Shown one piece after another: positions 31,178 through 45,685 of a DNA stretch of 64,000 nt. This DNA is from Ptychomitrium polyphyllum. Its lineage: Eukaryota. The notes beneath the pieces were generated by a model, which saw only the letters and a program-made list of their open reading frames with translations, was not told the origin of the DNA and searched no databases. Each line of letters starts with the position of its first letter. Positions within the stretch are counted from its first letter, which is position 1. Both the position numbers and the translations under genes were made by a program. The stretch covers positions 9,858,001 through 9,922,000 of the forward strand of contig OZ316775.1 of NCBI GenBank assembly GCA_973851085.1, given 5' to 3'.

Positions 31178-34100
31178 AGGGTTCAGGTGAGCGAAACACT
31201 AATATCTGGGGGGGCCCATTGATTGAGGAGATATTGATGAAGGAATTAGTAGTCCTTGAAAATGGATTCTCGGCTTGCTGGAAGTTGTTGTTTCGTGTGT
31301 GTCTCTTTCAGTGTAGACGAGGAGTCAGAGCGGAAGCAGCACGGGGATGTGCCGTGCAGCCACAGGGTATGAGCACTTTCATGGTGGCCCACAGCCTCCA
31401 TGAGCGGACTATGAAGCATTCCCACACGTAAGCTTTCACACTGCCGCTGTGACCAATTCACAAAAACTTGGGCCGCACTCGGTAAGAGACTACTGCATAT
31501 GCTTTTCCACACTGGGCAGTACGTCAAAATAAGCAGGAATAATTGTTTGTGAAGGTTTCTACTACTAGTAGTGCTAGGCAACCCCTAGTGGGATTCTTTT
31601 AGATGTTTTTGGAAATCTGCAGGTAGAGCCCTCTACTTCAATCATGTCTTGTTGAGAAGTATTGTGACATATGTTTCACTGACATGAATGGTGACATGAT
31701 TGGCATTTGATATTAATTAATATTTGGCATTTGAATGCAGTGGTTTTCCATGTCAACTAATTATTTAAATAACTTATTATTTGAGACGATTTTGTTATAC
31801 TATACAAATCTCAATATTTTATTCTATCACATCTATTTTTCATTAAAATTTCTCATGCAATTTTATTTGATGAAGACATAAATTAGAGTTCTATAGAAGA
31901 GTACTTCTTAGTTTTAAAATGAAATTGCAAATATTTATGCAACGGATATTGATTATATTGGAAACATATAATGCTCAATTAAGAAAATTGTGTCTAACAT
32001 GATAAAGTAAAGTAAAGGTATTTTCAGTATTATTGGTTTTTGAAACTAACATTTTTATTTTTATAAAAGTATCTATTTTCATCTTCTCCATTTTAATAAT
32101 TTGTTATTTCAAATACGTATATTAAGTAAAGGTGAAAAAATACTTGATTGTTTTTTTTCTTAGAATTCTATAATTTTGAAGCTTATTTATTTTTATGTCT
32201 AAAATTTTTTGGCAATAAAAATAAAGAAGCTACTTTTAAACAAATGATTCTTAAAATGGTTCTTTTTGGAAGTTGTAATATAAACAAAATTCTCACTAAA
32301 TTTGAATTCTTCAATAAATTATAAGCTATTAAGTTCATTGAAAGATGTCTTATGATGATGGAATTATGCACAAAATTTGAAGTCATAACCCTAGAGAATG
32401 TTTAAATTTAATAAATACCATGCTTATACTATGTTTTTTATTATAATATATTATAATTTCATTTCAATTATGTCATTAATTTATTCAAAAAAACCAAAAC
32501 AAATCTTAAACATCAACTTTCATAAAACACATAAACAATGAAAAAAATATTATTAAAATGCTATAAAATCCATTTCAAATGGTAGGATATTTTTAACAAA
32601 GATTGATTTTAAAAAAATCTATCAATTATTTTTAAAAAGTAAATGACTATCAATTTAAATAGAAAAACAACATATGAATAAAAATGATTTTTTTGTTATT
32701 GTGTAAAAATTTGTGAATTTTGGTATTTTTTTATTGCAATTATTTATTTGATAGATATTGTGTTAATTTTGAATCCTAAGTACCACATCAATCTAGGTAA
32801 TAAATTTTCAAATTTTCAAATTTTAGTAAATTTGCACAGATAGGAAGAGGCCTAGTAAAAACAGCTTATTATTTTCTCAACTTTCAAGTTGGGTGGGCCA
32901 TTAAGTTATACTTGTTTCTAATACAAGTATCTAAAAGATATGTAAGTTGAAGAAACATGAATGTCTAGAACTACATCCACATTGAAGTGGTTGCAAATGC
33001 AAGCAAAGTGTGCAATATGAATGTTAAGGCTCTTATGGAACGCTTGGCACCTCTGCACCTTTCATCGTTTTCTATTTTGTACAGAAAAATAACACAAAAC
33101 ATTCTAAAGAAACCGCTCTTGACACCATCTTCCAAAAAGTACAATTCCATCCCAAAAAGGTGCAATTCGTTCTTGAGAAATGAGTTAATTAAAGAATTCT
33201 AGTGTGCCACACATACACTAGAATTCTGGATGAAGCAAACTCTGTGTCAGTCTCCAGCACCACTCCTACACAGATTCTTTGTAAGAAAGAATAAATCTTG
33301 GGATTCAAGCCAGCAGAATGCATAAAAGTCCTCTCCTAATCTCCAAATGTCTGCACAAAACAGATACTATAGAAATTCCACTACTAAGTTGCCTGTGATA
33401 TCATAGACCTGTACAACACTCCATGTACCATCCCAGGAGCTTTGTGATATCGAAAGAGGGAACTATCGTAACTAACTATCGTTGGTTAGTTAGTTGCTGT
33501 TCCACCATAAGTTACACCGTTCCTATGATGGACCAGCAACTGGAAACACGAAGCTCAAGAATTGCACGGATCAAGGGCTATATTTGAGAGGAACAACAAA
33601 TCGGATTGGGGTTTGAGATTAGTGTACAAGTGCATACATTCATCTGAAAGAGATAAATCTGGACCCATGTCTACCAAATCAGGCTCCAAGTACAATTGCG
33701 CAGTTCACAAAAGCAACAAGTCATACATGCTTTGAAGTGGAGACACCGCAGACAAGGAAAAATCTTACAGAGCAACCCTATAAAACAAGAACTAAGAAGC
33801 AATAGGACGAGACATGTGAGTAACTTGGTTACTTTGTAGCCTCGTGACACGATGTCGACGTGGGAGGCAATGAGCTGCACTTTCCCCTGAGACACATCGG
33901 TCCGCTCTTTCAGCAAAATGATTTGCAGTTGCTGTTCCAAGAAACCAACTGCCTGTCACTCTAACTTCCTGAAGTACAAGAGGTAGACAATCATCAAACC
34001 CTAGCACATATGTTTTCAGGACTTGAACACTGAGATGAGCGGCAAGAGCATGGATTTTTTTTGAAATATGCCTAGGTCTTCCCCAAGGCACTACAGTGTG

Positions 34101-36295
34101 AGGGCATTTGTTTTCAGGCTTGGATGGTCATGCGTTATCACCTACTTGTATGAAGTATGTAATTGCTGATGTATGTACTATGTAGTGCTCTCTCACATGG
34201 TGCAATTTGTCTCTGCAAGTTCACAAGGTGGCTCTTATGATCATTCTTGCAATCTCATAGATGTGTCATTAAATGATCTCTATATGGTCCTCTGAATGAT
34301 TCATTGATTCTGTTGTGTTATTTATAAATTAGAGCTCCAAGTATAGGAGGAAGTCTTGAACAAGTAGAACCTTAAGTAATGTCATTGTTTCATAAAAGAT
34401 GGTATAATATCCTATATTCTAGGGTATAGGCAACAAAAATGAGTGCCTAATATTATGGCTAAAGGAATCTAATGCATATGTAGTTTCAAGTTGAAATGGA
34501 GTAATTCACATGAGATCACTATTTTGAAAGGATGGTTTAGAAATATTTTATAAAAGAATGGTCAGAGTTTTTTTCAAATTGTTGAAAGTAGTAGTGGCCA
34601 AAAGATTAGGCTATATACACTTGGAACCCTTAAAGAAAATGTACAAGATACATGAAAATATCAATCAATATACTTCTTTAATTTTGGATTTTAATAAGGT
34701 TTTTATTGACTTTTGAACTTTGTAGTGAATTTTAGATTGCCAAACCATAAGAATACGCTGTTATTATAATGGAATTATGACTTAAAATTATTGGCATCAT
34801 CATCATCATCATCACTATTTGGCATCATCATTGTCGTTTTTCCTTTTAATTCAATAATAGCAACCTATCAGTTATACACCCTCAACAATGCACTAATTAA
34901 AAAAATTCTACTACTAAAAATCAACATGGCATGTTATTTTCATTTACAAATATAAAACCAAAATCAACCAAGAATTATCATGATGTGATTTTGTGGTCCA
35001 CAATTGTCACATCTAAATAATTGCTTCATACTTTCAAGAGTGTCTTCTAAGTCCGTTGTAGATGAAATTTATATGTAATTAAAATAGATGTCTTTTGGTG
35101 CATTTTTTTTATAAAAATTACTTTTTATACACCAGAATTCCATCTTTAAGAGTAAATCTTCATTTAAACATGAAATAATTCAATAATTAAAAAGATCAGT
35201 ATTTGATAATAATAATTCATTTTCATTAAGTACAAATCTGTATTGTATTAGATAAGTTTAAAAAATACGTTTAATTATATAGCAGTGACTTTGTATTTTC
35301 TTTGAACAAATTGCAAATAATGAGTGTAAATTAATAACATCGCAAGCTTGCCCTTTCTTTCTTTATTTTTTAGCTTGTTGACTTTTTTTTACAATATTGT
35401 GAATTTGATAAGTATAAATGAAGGTATAATGAGGATCTTAATTCAAAATACTATTATCTAATAAAAATGCAACTTCTAATCCTATTACATCCTCATTTAC
35501 ACTTATGAAATTTACAAAAAAAAATGATATACAATTTTATTGAAGAAATTTAGTTATTTTGCAATTTCCAAAATCTCTAGAATACATGCATGTTGTTGGC
35601 CTTGAATTCAAAGACTTATTTGAATAAACCTAATGAATATTCCGTCTTCAATTTCATTTTCAAATACAAGCAATCTTTATTCACTTAAATATTCTTCAAT
35701 TAAATCTCAATATACTTATACTTAGAATAATAAATAAATGATATAAAACTAAATAAAATACAACAATGAATCAATAGTACTACTATAGTTATTTAAAAAT
35801 AAGTTTTTGAAGCTTAATTGTTAAGGGCACTAATTGATAAAAGTATATATAAGCCATGGCTTTGAAAATTTATGCATACATTGAACTTTCATGTAATTTT
35901 TTGATATTTCTAATGTTTCTATTAGAAGCCTATAGATAGAAGAAAGCTTGAAAGGGCTTTATAAGAAAAATAATCAAGTCATACAAAATAGAACATTGAG
36001 TTTTTTTTTATACACTTAGAAATTTCTTTAAATGGCATTGCAAATCTAACATGGTACTATGGCAAACTTTTATAAGCACATGATTGTAGCTCAAAAATTA
36101 GTAACTAATAACAACAAAGTTAACAACTTGCATTATTAGTCAATAAAAATTGTATATATATTGTTTACGTTGTTTACATTGTATTACAGTATTTTTCAAG
36201 TATATAATTCCATTATTTACATATTGTTATTTAATGGCAAGTTCATCTTATATAAGTTCATGTAAAAATACCAAATGAATTTATATGAAAGTTAT

Positions 36296-36917
36296 TGTCA
36301 TAGACATAGATCATGCAACATAGTCTATAGAATCTTTTAGAACCTTTTGGCACATTGTAGTAGTTCTTTAGAATCCTTCCAATACTTCCATAGCCATTTC
36401 ATCTTCTTAAAAAACTTCTTAATAAGATTCTATAAGCTTTTAAAACATTCTTAAGCTTCATATAAGGTTTCTTAAGAAGTATCTTAGGAAATACAAGCGG
36501 CATGGTATAAATAAGAGGCAAGAAAAGGTATACCTTAGTCTTGCAAATACAAATTGTGAATCATATTGTATTGTGCCCTTATTCTAATCTTTGGTATCAA
36601 TTCTTGTTAATCATTAATTCTTTGGAAGCTAATTTTTGAAAATCACTTTGCTTCTACTTCTAATTTCTTAAGTTCCTACAAGCTATAAACTTTAATAACT
36701 GCTCATTTGAGCATAATCAATATTGTTTTTTAAAGATGGACTTGCAACCAAATTGTTGTAATATTTAACACTTATAGCATATTCAATTGTTATTAAATGT
36801 TTCTATTAAGGCTATATAATTAATTTATGAATAATTTTTAATAACCAAAGAGCAACCGTAATATGATTTGATGACCTTTTCATGGCCTTTATCAAATGCC
36901 ATATATAAGGTGTTACA
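36296..36917 (+). mobile_element. Possible highly degenerate solo LTR
   Basis: Begins TGTCA and ends TGTTACA, with internal TATAAATAAGAGG and repeated TAGAA/TTCTT motifs. No matching target-site duplication found. Confidence 0.3.
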
Positions 36918-38739
36918 TCTTCCTTTTATTTTTTTAAAAGTTAAGCTAAAAATAATTAACTAAATGACTAAACACTCAAATTGCTATTTTTTCTTCATCT
37001 TGCAAATTTTTTCAATAAAAATACAATTAAATAGATTTCAAATTAAATCAAGTATGTGCAATTAAAATATTGCATCAATTAAAGGTGTTACAAAGATTTA
37101 GCAAGCGTTTCAAAATATGGAAGTTAAAATTTGTATTTCTTCTTTTTGTAAACATTGAATTGACTTTTAATTTTATAAGGCCTCTTAAATACAACAATTC
37201 ATTTTAATATTTTTTTGGATATTTTTACCTTGACTATTAAAGACTAAAAATTTAAAAATTCTTCATATATTCAATATTCAAAATAATGACTTCTTATATG
37301 CATCTAAATCAGTTAATGTTGAATAAACTTTCTTTGTCTCATTAACAAGTAATGTTTCTTAAAAACTTTCAAGAATTTATTTTGTCCTTTAAATATATAT
37401 TGTTCTTTTACTATAAAAACTATAAACTCAATCCTTTATAAAAAATCCAAATTATAATTATAATCATTTTTAAATGTTTATAAAATAACCTCATGATTAT
37501 AAACTTGATTATGCACTTCTTCAAACAAATACATCAAAATCCAACATCCTAATATTAAATTTATAATATTTGATGAACATAAATGTTATAGAAATGTATT
37601 GTCCAAATCTTATAAATAAAGTTGAAGGTTCCAAATCTTGTATCAAAAGTGCTCAAATATCTTAAGACTTTTTATAATCAATTACATACGAATTTGCAAT
37701 ACAAATAATAAATCTTAAATAAATAATAGCAACAAGCAAGAATTTAGTGTTGTCAAAGTAGCAGCTATCAACAAGTCATCAAAATTTGAACAACTACAAT
37801 ACACAAGCAAACATGTAATGCAAAAAAAAGCAATAAGCACAAATAATAAAGCAAGGCAAATGATCAATTGCTTATGCACATGCAAGGCCATGTAAAAATC
37901 TTATGTTTTTTTCCTGACTTTATATTTTAGAGATATTTGTTTTGTTTTGTTTTCTATTTGTTTAATTGGAAATGTAGCTTATTAGAAGTGAACATTCTCC
38001 ATACTTTCTATGAATATTTTTGCTTAACTTTCTTTGAACTTTTTAAAGTGAAATCTTAAGTCCTTATATAAGCTCCAAAACATCACTATGTCATAGGATT
38101 CTTTTTCTTCTTCCTAATGATATGTAAGATAATTTATAAGAACCTTTGAGATTAGTTTTATTTCACCAATTCAAAAATGACCACTTTGGACTAGGTAGGC
38201 AATTAGAGGTGAAGGTCTAATGAACCACCATATAAAATGGGATGGAAATGAACACTCTACATAATATTCTAAAACAAAAAAAAAGAACAACTTTTCAACA
38301 AAAAAAAATCCTTGTATAATTCATATCAAATTCCACATAACAAATTCCACAGCTATCATATGAATTTTCAAAAACCTACGCCATTACCAAATATACTCAC
38401 CATTTCAAACTCTTCATCCAAAGGCGACTCCAAGCTACTGTTCAAGAAAGCTCTCCATTAGCATTCACGGCATTTAGGGTTAGGAAAGATGGCCTTCCAG
38501 GTAAATGAAAAACAACATACAGCACACCTGGTAGCGGTACCGCAAAGGAAAAGCAGCGAAGTGCATACAGGCAGAAGGTTTGCCCGGCAGCTGCAAGTGC
38601 ACGTGCATGTGCATGTGCATGGGCGTAGGCATGCATGCGTGTACAGTGAAGTGTAAAGGAGGGGGCCGTGAGTCTCGAGCATGTGGCTGTGGAAGAGAGG
38701 CATCATGAGGAGGTGCGCTTGCTGGTGAAGCTGGAGGAC

Positions 38740-40137
38740 TTAAGACTTGTACGAGGACTTGGAGCGGGGGCTGCTGCTGGCCGATTGGGAGGCATTGCTG
38801 GACTGGCTGTTCGACCGAGACCGAGAACGGCCAGTGCGAGTCTTCATGAGGCGCCGAATCTTCGCTTCGTCGTCCGCTTCCTTGTCTTCAAGCCGCCCCT
38901 CGATGGTGCCGTTCTCCCACCGGATCAAGGTCGGCACGCCGCGCACGTTGAAGCGGTCGTCGTTCCGCAGAGGGTGCTCGGGGCTGCGCCATGTCGCCTT
39001 GTCGCACACGTACACTCGCACCACTGTCACAGGATTCTCGCTTCCGTTCACCTGCTCGTAAATCACCGGCTCCGCCCGAGCACAATCTGCGGTTTTGGCA
39101 ATGGTAGGAAACTTAGGTCATCGTGGTGTGGTCCATCGCAGTTGCTACTGGAAATTAGCACGGGAAGCTTTTATCTTGATTCCACATGGGAAATACAGAT
39201 GTTTGACAGAAACATATTATCATGTGATCTCCCTTTTCCCACGCGGCATTGAACCAAAAGTCCTGTGTCAATCATCGTGATGTGTACCGTCTGTGCATAG
39301 TGTAGGTATGTTTGTTAGAGTAGGTTTGTTGTGCGATTTGGTGTTTGGAGGTGGAGCGAGTGAGAGTAGAGAATGGATGAGGGCAGAGTAGAGGTTGAGA
39401 ATTTTGGGGTTAGGAGTTGCCTGCACACCAGCTTTCGCCTGTTGATGCAACGCGGTCGCCGAGGAATAGAATTAGCAACACATCTGGTCCTTGCCCTTCA
39501 GCTGCCTGCACATCAGTCGCACTTATGATAAGCCTCAGTGATTACAGATTTCATCTTTAAGCAGATTGTCGAAACCTGAGAGCGATTAGTTTAGGTTATG
39601 GCGATGTCAATTAGCGATCGGCAATTGACGCCACTTGTGTCAAAGGTGGCCAAGAGATGCTCAGTGAAGAAGTCGATCACGAGGGATTTCGAATTGTCGG
39701 ATTCGTGTACTTCAGCTTGGCTTGAAGACTTCGCCCGACCTTTGTGATCAACTCATTCGCCTTGACTGGTGTAATCATCTACAGCTTGAATAGTAACAGA
39801 TATTAGGAAGATTAGGTTGTTTGAAGAAAATGCTCTAATGTCGATTAATCCTTGCGAAGGGAGAAATAGAGGATGGGGAGGGAAAAACACACGGGGTTTG
39901 AAATTTTATAGATATCCATCGGTAACACGTGTGTCGTGGTAGTGCCCCACAGTTTCAACCTCACAAGCAAGTGCACCTGGGATGTGCAAGATGAGCCAAT
40001 TTGATAGAGCACACGAATTGGATTATTCTTCGCCAGTTACATGAGAGAGCTGCAACCGAGGATCGCATTGCAGAAGTGCTCACCTTCACAACTGTCTCAA
40101 AGTTATCCAGTCCCGCATCCACTATGTTCGCTGGCAT
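38740..40137 (-). CDS. Thioredoxin-like protein, TXNDC17/TRP14/Clot family (DUF953)
   Basis: Exons 40137-40084 (MPANIVDAGLDNFETVVK), 39505-39421 (..LLILFLGDRVASTGESWCA, GC donor) and 39086-38740 (DCARAEPVIYE..WRSPEHPLR..VRGVPTLIRW). Active site WCADC. Ser/Arg-rich tail. Confidence 0.87.
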
Positions 40138-40372
40138 TTTCAGTTTCAGAAATTCCAGTAAGTCTGTAGTTTGGCAGTTTGATAGTATCTGAATACCTCT
40201 TTGATTTGTGCAGAAACGCAACAGTCTGTAACGTAGGATCTATTGCCAGAGATTTAACTGCCTTGCGGGTTGTTCTGTCCACGTGGAAGTGCCCGTGAGC
40301 CTCCTCATTCGGATTGCAAAAGGAAGCAGTCAACGCTGCCAACGGAGACTTATTTTCATTAGAGTAAGAAAG

Positions 40373-40487
40373 CGTAATGCATTTATGCAGTTATAAAGCG
40401 TAATTCATTTACGTAATTATAATGTGTAATTCATTTACGTAATTATAATGTGTAATTCATTTAAGCACTTATACAGTGTAATTCATT
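40373..40487. repeat. Imperfect ~26-bp tandem repeat (GTAATTCATTTACGTAATTATAATGT) x ~4
   Basis: Visible periodic units upstream of the thioredoxin gene. Confidence 0.75.
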
Positions 40488-41651
40488 GAAACAAAAACAC
40501 GTGTTCTACTAAAACTTGAAATAAGCTAAAAAAACAACTTCTGTATTGGGCTTGATTCTTTGTATGGCATGTCCATGGTTGTGAAAATCTAAGTTGGCCA
40601 GCTTGTAATATCTAGATTGGCATATTATGTTTTGATTGTAGAATATTAATATGTTTTATGAAAGTGGATATGGGTTAGTCTTTTCATGCTATCATTTAAA
40701 GTTGAATAAGGTCTACTTAAATGATTTCTAAAATTGAATAAGGTCTACTTAAATGATGTTATTGTTGTTTATTAATGTGCAAAATATAAATCCAAGACAA
40801 GGTAAAGAAGTCACATACAAAAAAGAGGAAATAACTTAAATTCAAAATTATTGTGGTCCTCCATTTTATATATCATTAATTTTTATTTTTTAAAAAGTAT
40901 TAGCTTATAAGCCTATACATTCCAAACCATGATTTTTAGGTAATTAGCTATTTTTTACATATTGTTAAGTCTAAAAATGGCCACAATCACATAATATTTT
41001 TAGACCAAAGTTTCTTAAAAGGATGAAATTTTCCTTCCATTAAAAAGACTATGAATTTTGAATTTTGCATTAAACAATAAGCTCTTTTTTTTGACACAAC
41101 AATATTGATTTAACATATTTTGAGTCCAAATTAATTAAATAAGGTCATCTTGTGCGAATTTGTAGTTTTCTTGCAACCAACAAAATATAATACAAAGCAT
41201 TGTCTTCTAGCAAACCATACTTATTTAACAATTTAGGCTTGAGGACTAAAAGTCTAGAATTGATGCAAGTTGATGTAGAATGTTAATAATATCAAAAGTA
41301 ATGGTAAAAAATTTTAGTCTTAAGAAACTTATTGCTATTTAAAAAATAACTTTTGATACACCTGGTCCCTAAACAAATATTTAGTCACAAGATGATGCAA
41401 TTCATTGAAATGAAGCACAAAAATTCTATAAATAAAACCATTGATTGCAAATGTCTTCTTTGTTTGTTGTTGATGTTATTTTAGATGAAATGGTTTCTTT
41501 AGTACATAGTAACATCAAGCATTTCCATACAAGTATCATTAACTGCATTTAAATAGGAATACATCTAATGTAAACTTTTTTGTTACAAGTAAAACAATAT
41601 ACATAATCTTTGTTGATTCAAAGTGTTCTTATTCAAAATTAAATAGTTTCT

Positions 41652-43522
41652 CTAATACTCCTCACTTAATTCTCCTTCACTTTCACTGCATTCTTTGCCT
41701 ATTTCTTCATAGTCTTTCTCTGAAGCACCCAACCCAAGTCTTCCTAAGCTTCCAAAAATTCTCCTTCCTCCGTGCCTTTCCCAAAATGCCAATGAACAAA
41801 GACCCGTTTTGCATACATGAGGTCAAATCTGTGATCCAGCCAAAAAATACTTCCGCAATACTAGTTATATTGGATACCATACAGACTGCCCTCAACACCT
41901 ACCAAGAGTGATTGCATATTAAAATGTGCTTCATCAAATCTTATTGGTACAAATAAGAGATTATGATATCAGCTTGTATCTTTGCTAAATCGCCTCCAGA
42001 AACCACAGTTGGTGGCTGGTAGTTGATTCCACACTTGAATCCCCTCGGACACAAATCCACAAATTGGATTGTACATTTGGTTTTGATGGTATGCACAGCT
42101 TGATTTATATCCTTATAAACAACGTCTCCCCGGTACACCAAACATCAAGTCATGTACTTGCCATGCTTAGGGTTACACTTTGCCATCATGCTTGTTGGAT
42201 CAAAACATGAATTTGTGATCTCTGCAACAATGAGTTGCTTATGGTAAGCTAATAAATGACACCACAGGAGTGTATGAGGATAGCATGAAGTGGATTTGTG
42301 GATATGCGACCAAATTGGTTTGAAACTCCTTAAGATTAAGGCTCCATCAAACCAAAGTAATGCAGTCAAAGAGTAAATGTGAAACTCAAAATTTCTTGTA
42401 TTTTGCATTAAATTGTCATTTAATGTAGATTAAAGAACGCAATTGAATATGAATTGAAGATATTGAAAGCCATTTTCCTTACTCGTTTTAAATATTTGAA
42501 TTTATACCTAAATAACAAGAATATTCAAATTGGTTTATGTGGATTACTCAACATCAAGAAATCTACAACATATGTCATAAATGGCCTCATTGTCCAATAT
42601 CACTGCAACTTTTGTATAGACAAATAAAGAATGGATAGGCAAGAAACTATTGTAAGGCTTAACAATAGCATTGGAAACTTGTGGACTTGAAAAGACCGGT
42701 ATGCCCAACTTTGGTTTCTTGTTATAGCCCATTGATAATTGTTCCAACAATAAGGAGCCCAAGCCAGAACTTATTCCACCCCTTATAGTATGGAACATTA
42801 GAAATCCCTATAGATCCATACAATTGTTTACTAACTTCCAAATGCGGTCCAAGTATGCTTCTACAATCTTCATTCCAACTAGAACAATATGCAATAGATC
42901 TAGTTTACATTGCAATTCTATGTATATTCAATAGAAGTGCTTCAAAAAAATCTAAGTTCATTAAAAGGAAGAAAACTAATAAGTTTTAGGAAATGTAAGG
43001 ATTATACACATGGATCATTTTAGATAACAAGAAGAATCAAATGGCAAATCTAATAAAGCATAAACCACATATTAATATGATGGCCTCAAACAAATTTGTT
43101 GACAGCATCTTCTTTCCCACTAATGAGTTGTCTAAGGCGGAAGAGTTGGCAGTAAGCGCATGTGCAGACTTCATCCACGAGTGTTGATTCCAAATCCAAA
43201 AATATTGCTTGTGGAACATATTTATTAGTTAATGTGTTTGAGAAGAAAGTGCAAAATGCATCATCTCCACCACTTACTAACAGCTAATTACAAGGCATTT
43301 TTTTATTAAGCTACATTAGCTTACAATGCAAAGTTGTGAGTTTTGATCACTCAAATGATTAAGTGCGGTAGCTAATTTGGAATGATTATTCGAAGTTAAA
43401 TTTAAGATTGGCCTAATAGAATATAATAACTTGGATGCCATGCTTAATACAATAAAGCTTTCAACAAGCATTATCCACTTGGATGTCTGCTTGGCCAATG
43501 TGATTGGAGGTGGCTTTTTCAT
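41652..43522 (-). pseudogene. TUA: Alpha-tubulin pseudogene, unprocessed (introns retained)
   Basis: Fragments [86 protein letters not shown] and terminal EEY*. Multiple stops and frameshifts. Intron-like gaps separate the blocks. Confidence 0.93.
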
Positions 43523-45685
43523 TTTTTGGCTTCTTTTGTTAAATGTAATGCAAATTTCAAATACAAGGGCTTGGAGACTTTAGCATGTTTTGGAAAGTAT
43601 TGATAGCAATCATTATATGTGTTCATTTAGGAAAGTTGGTAAAGAATTAGCTATATAGCCATCCAAGATAAATTTATCAGAGGCTAGTAGGTTTATTTAT
43701 AACATTTCCAACCTACAAGATTGATGTTTGGTTCCAAAAAGATATGTCCCTTGGTATTTTTCAATATAATGAATTAAAATTAAAAGCATAAATGCCCTCT
43801 TCCACCAAATTAATAAAGATTTGCATATTAGTGTCTATGTTTTGAAATGGCTAGTGTAAAATCAAGCCAACAAATGTACACGCATATGGAAAAATGTATG
43901 GTAGCTTGTAATCAACTTCTTCATTACAACAAAACTTTGCTGACAAAATTGGAAGTTACAATTGGCATGGCCAATCATCTTTGATTTATTTTTAACATGG
44001 ATTTCACAAAAGCTCCACTATATGACGCATAACCTCAAAAGATTCTTCTAATATTTTAGAATGAGTAAAGATTGATGAATTTTCATAAACGTTAAATTCT
44101 CTAGTTTTCAAAGAAAAATGAAAACATGTTTAAAAAATCAATTAATTTGTTACTTAGTGTGGCCATTGAAGAGTGCCCAATGGAGAAGCTCATAGTTTTT
44201 TGGTGCACTCAAAGAATATTTTGCTATACTCTGGTGCTCATCTGTTTTACAGGCTCGGGACTTGAACAAGATGCGATGGAACTTGCACTATCCGGTCCCA
44301 GATTTACTCATCTAAGGTAGGTGCCTTCCTTGGAAAATTTCAGAAATCATTGACCAGGATCCCAAGGGTCTATTCTGTTGTTCTTTTCTTCAGTGGAAAA
44401 ATCTTCTGTTATGTCGCTAGAAAACAAAATAAAACTGACAGCTTTGAAAGAAAAATGGACTTCTTCAACACAAAGTCCATGTCTCGTCTGATCAGTAGCT
44501 GGAACTGTGGACTTTCTGAATGTTTGTGTAAAGTGGAGCTTGTGTACATTTAACATGCGCTTCATACTTTGTTACTTGTCGGTGGGGGAAGAGGCATTGT
44601 ATTTGTTCTTGGAGGAGGTTGTAGTCTGAGAGATGTACTCACCCTCAGACTCCATCCTCGTTGTAGGAGCCATTGTAAACAACTAAACATTTTCGATGTG
44701 ACTTGAGTTTCTGAGCCATTTTCACATGAAGTGAAAGTCTCGAACTCAGTTTCGGCGTGATTTGTGGTTAGAACGTCGCTTTCACTCCACAAAGGGAGAG
44801 AACCGAGATTAAGAAATAAGGTGATCGCTGTACTGAAGATAGTAGATGGGTACAAGCGAGGTGAGTTCTTTCTTGTGGCCGTGCTTGAAAAAGGATTTGT
44901 TACCAGAGGGATGACATACAGTATGCAAGGTAGATTGTGACTCCACGCACTGGTAACTTGGTGAATCGAAGCACTGATTTTGTTCTACTGCCTGTTGAGA
45001 ATGTTATCGTCGTGCAACACAGGACCGAGGGAGACATTACCTACGATAATTTGCAAAAACGTGGCTAAAACCTAGAAATGGATCAACACAATAAGAGATA
45101 TCAAAAGTTGGCCAATATCAGAAGGCTGGCGGAACTTTTAATTAGATCAAACACAGGAACGAGATTTGTTGTGAAAACCATTTCTAATATGTACCAAAAT
45201 ACTGAACCCAAATCTTTAAGCAATTTGTACATTCATTTGGAGGGTGAGCAAGCAGAATCAAAGAGATAACTACCCTCATAGCACGCCACTCTGGACTGTC
45301 CATTCAAGTAACAGCAGGTAGCAACTGCCACCAAAAAATCGTAGTGTACAGGGGGAGAAACAGAACCTAATGCAAGCACCTAATCGAAAGAATGTTCTCG
45401 TACCTGAACTACAGTGAGCCTAGAACTTGAAAAGTTTATCTCGTTCGTGGTCCTCTAAAAATGTTCCTCTTTGTAATCGTCTGGTAAGCAATCAGTACCT
45501 AAAGTAGCTCCTAGTAGCAGGCGCTGATGCAGAGGTAGGATGTCATGTAAGAACAAAGCGCAATCTTCTCTTGGTGGACTTCTCGGCCCCCAAATCTGTC
45601 CTCCTGGTCTCCAAGCAGCATCATGAACGTCCGTATGAGCCAAGAGCCCAGGCTGAAAAGCCTTCCTCATTAATAGATAGAGAGC

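Noticed and set aside
33200..34300. Moderately GC-rich stretch with short ORFs
   Set aside because: No recognisable protein or consistent exon chain.
40698..40757. Short tandem duplication TTGAATAAGGTCTACTTAAATGAT x2
   Set aside because: Ordinary local slippage duplication with no functional evidence.
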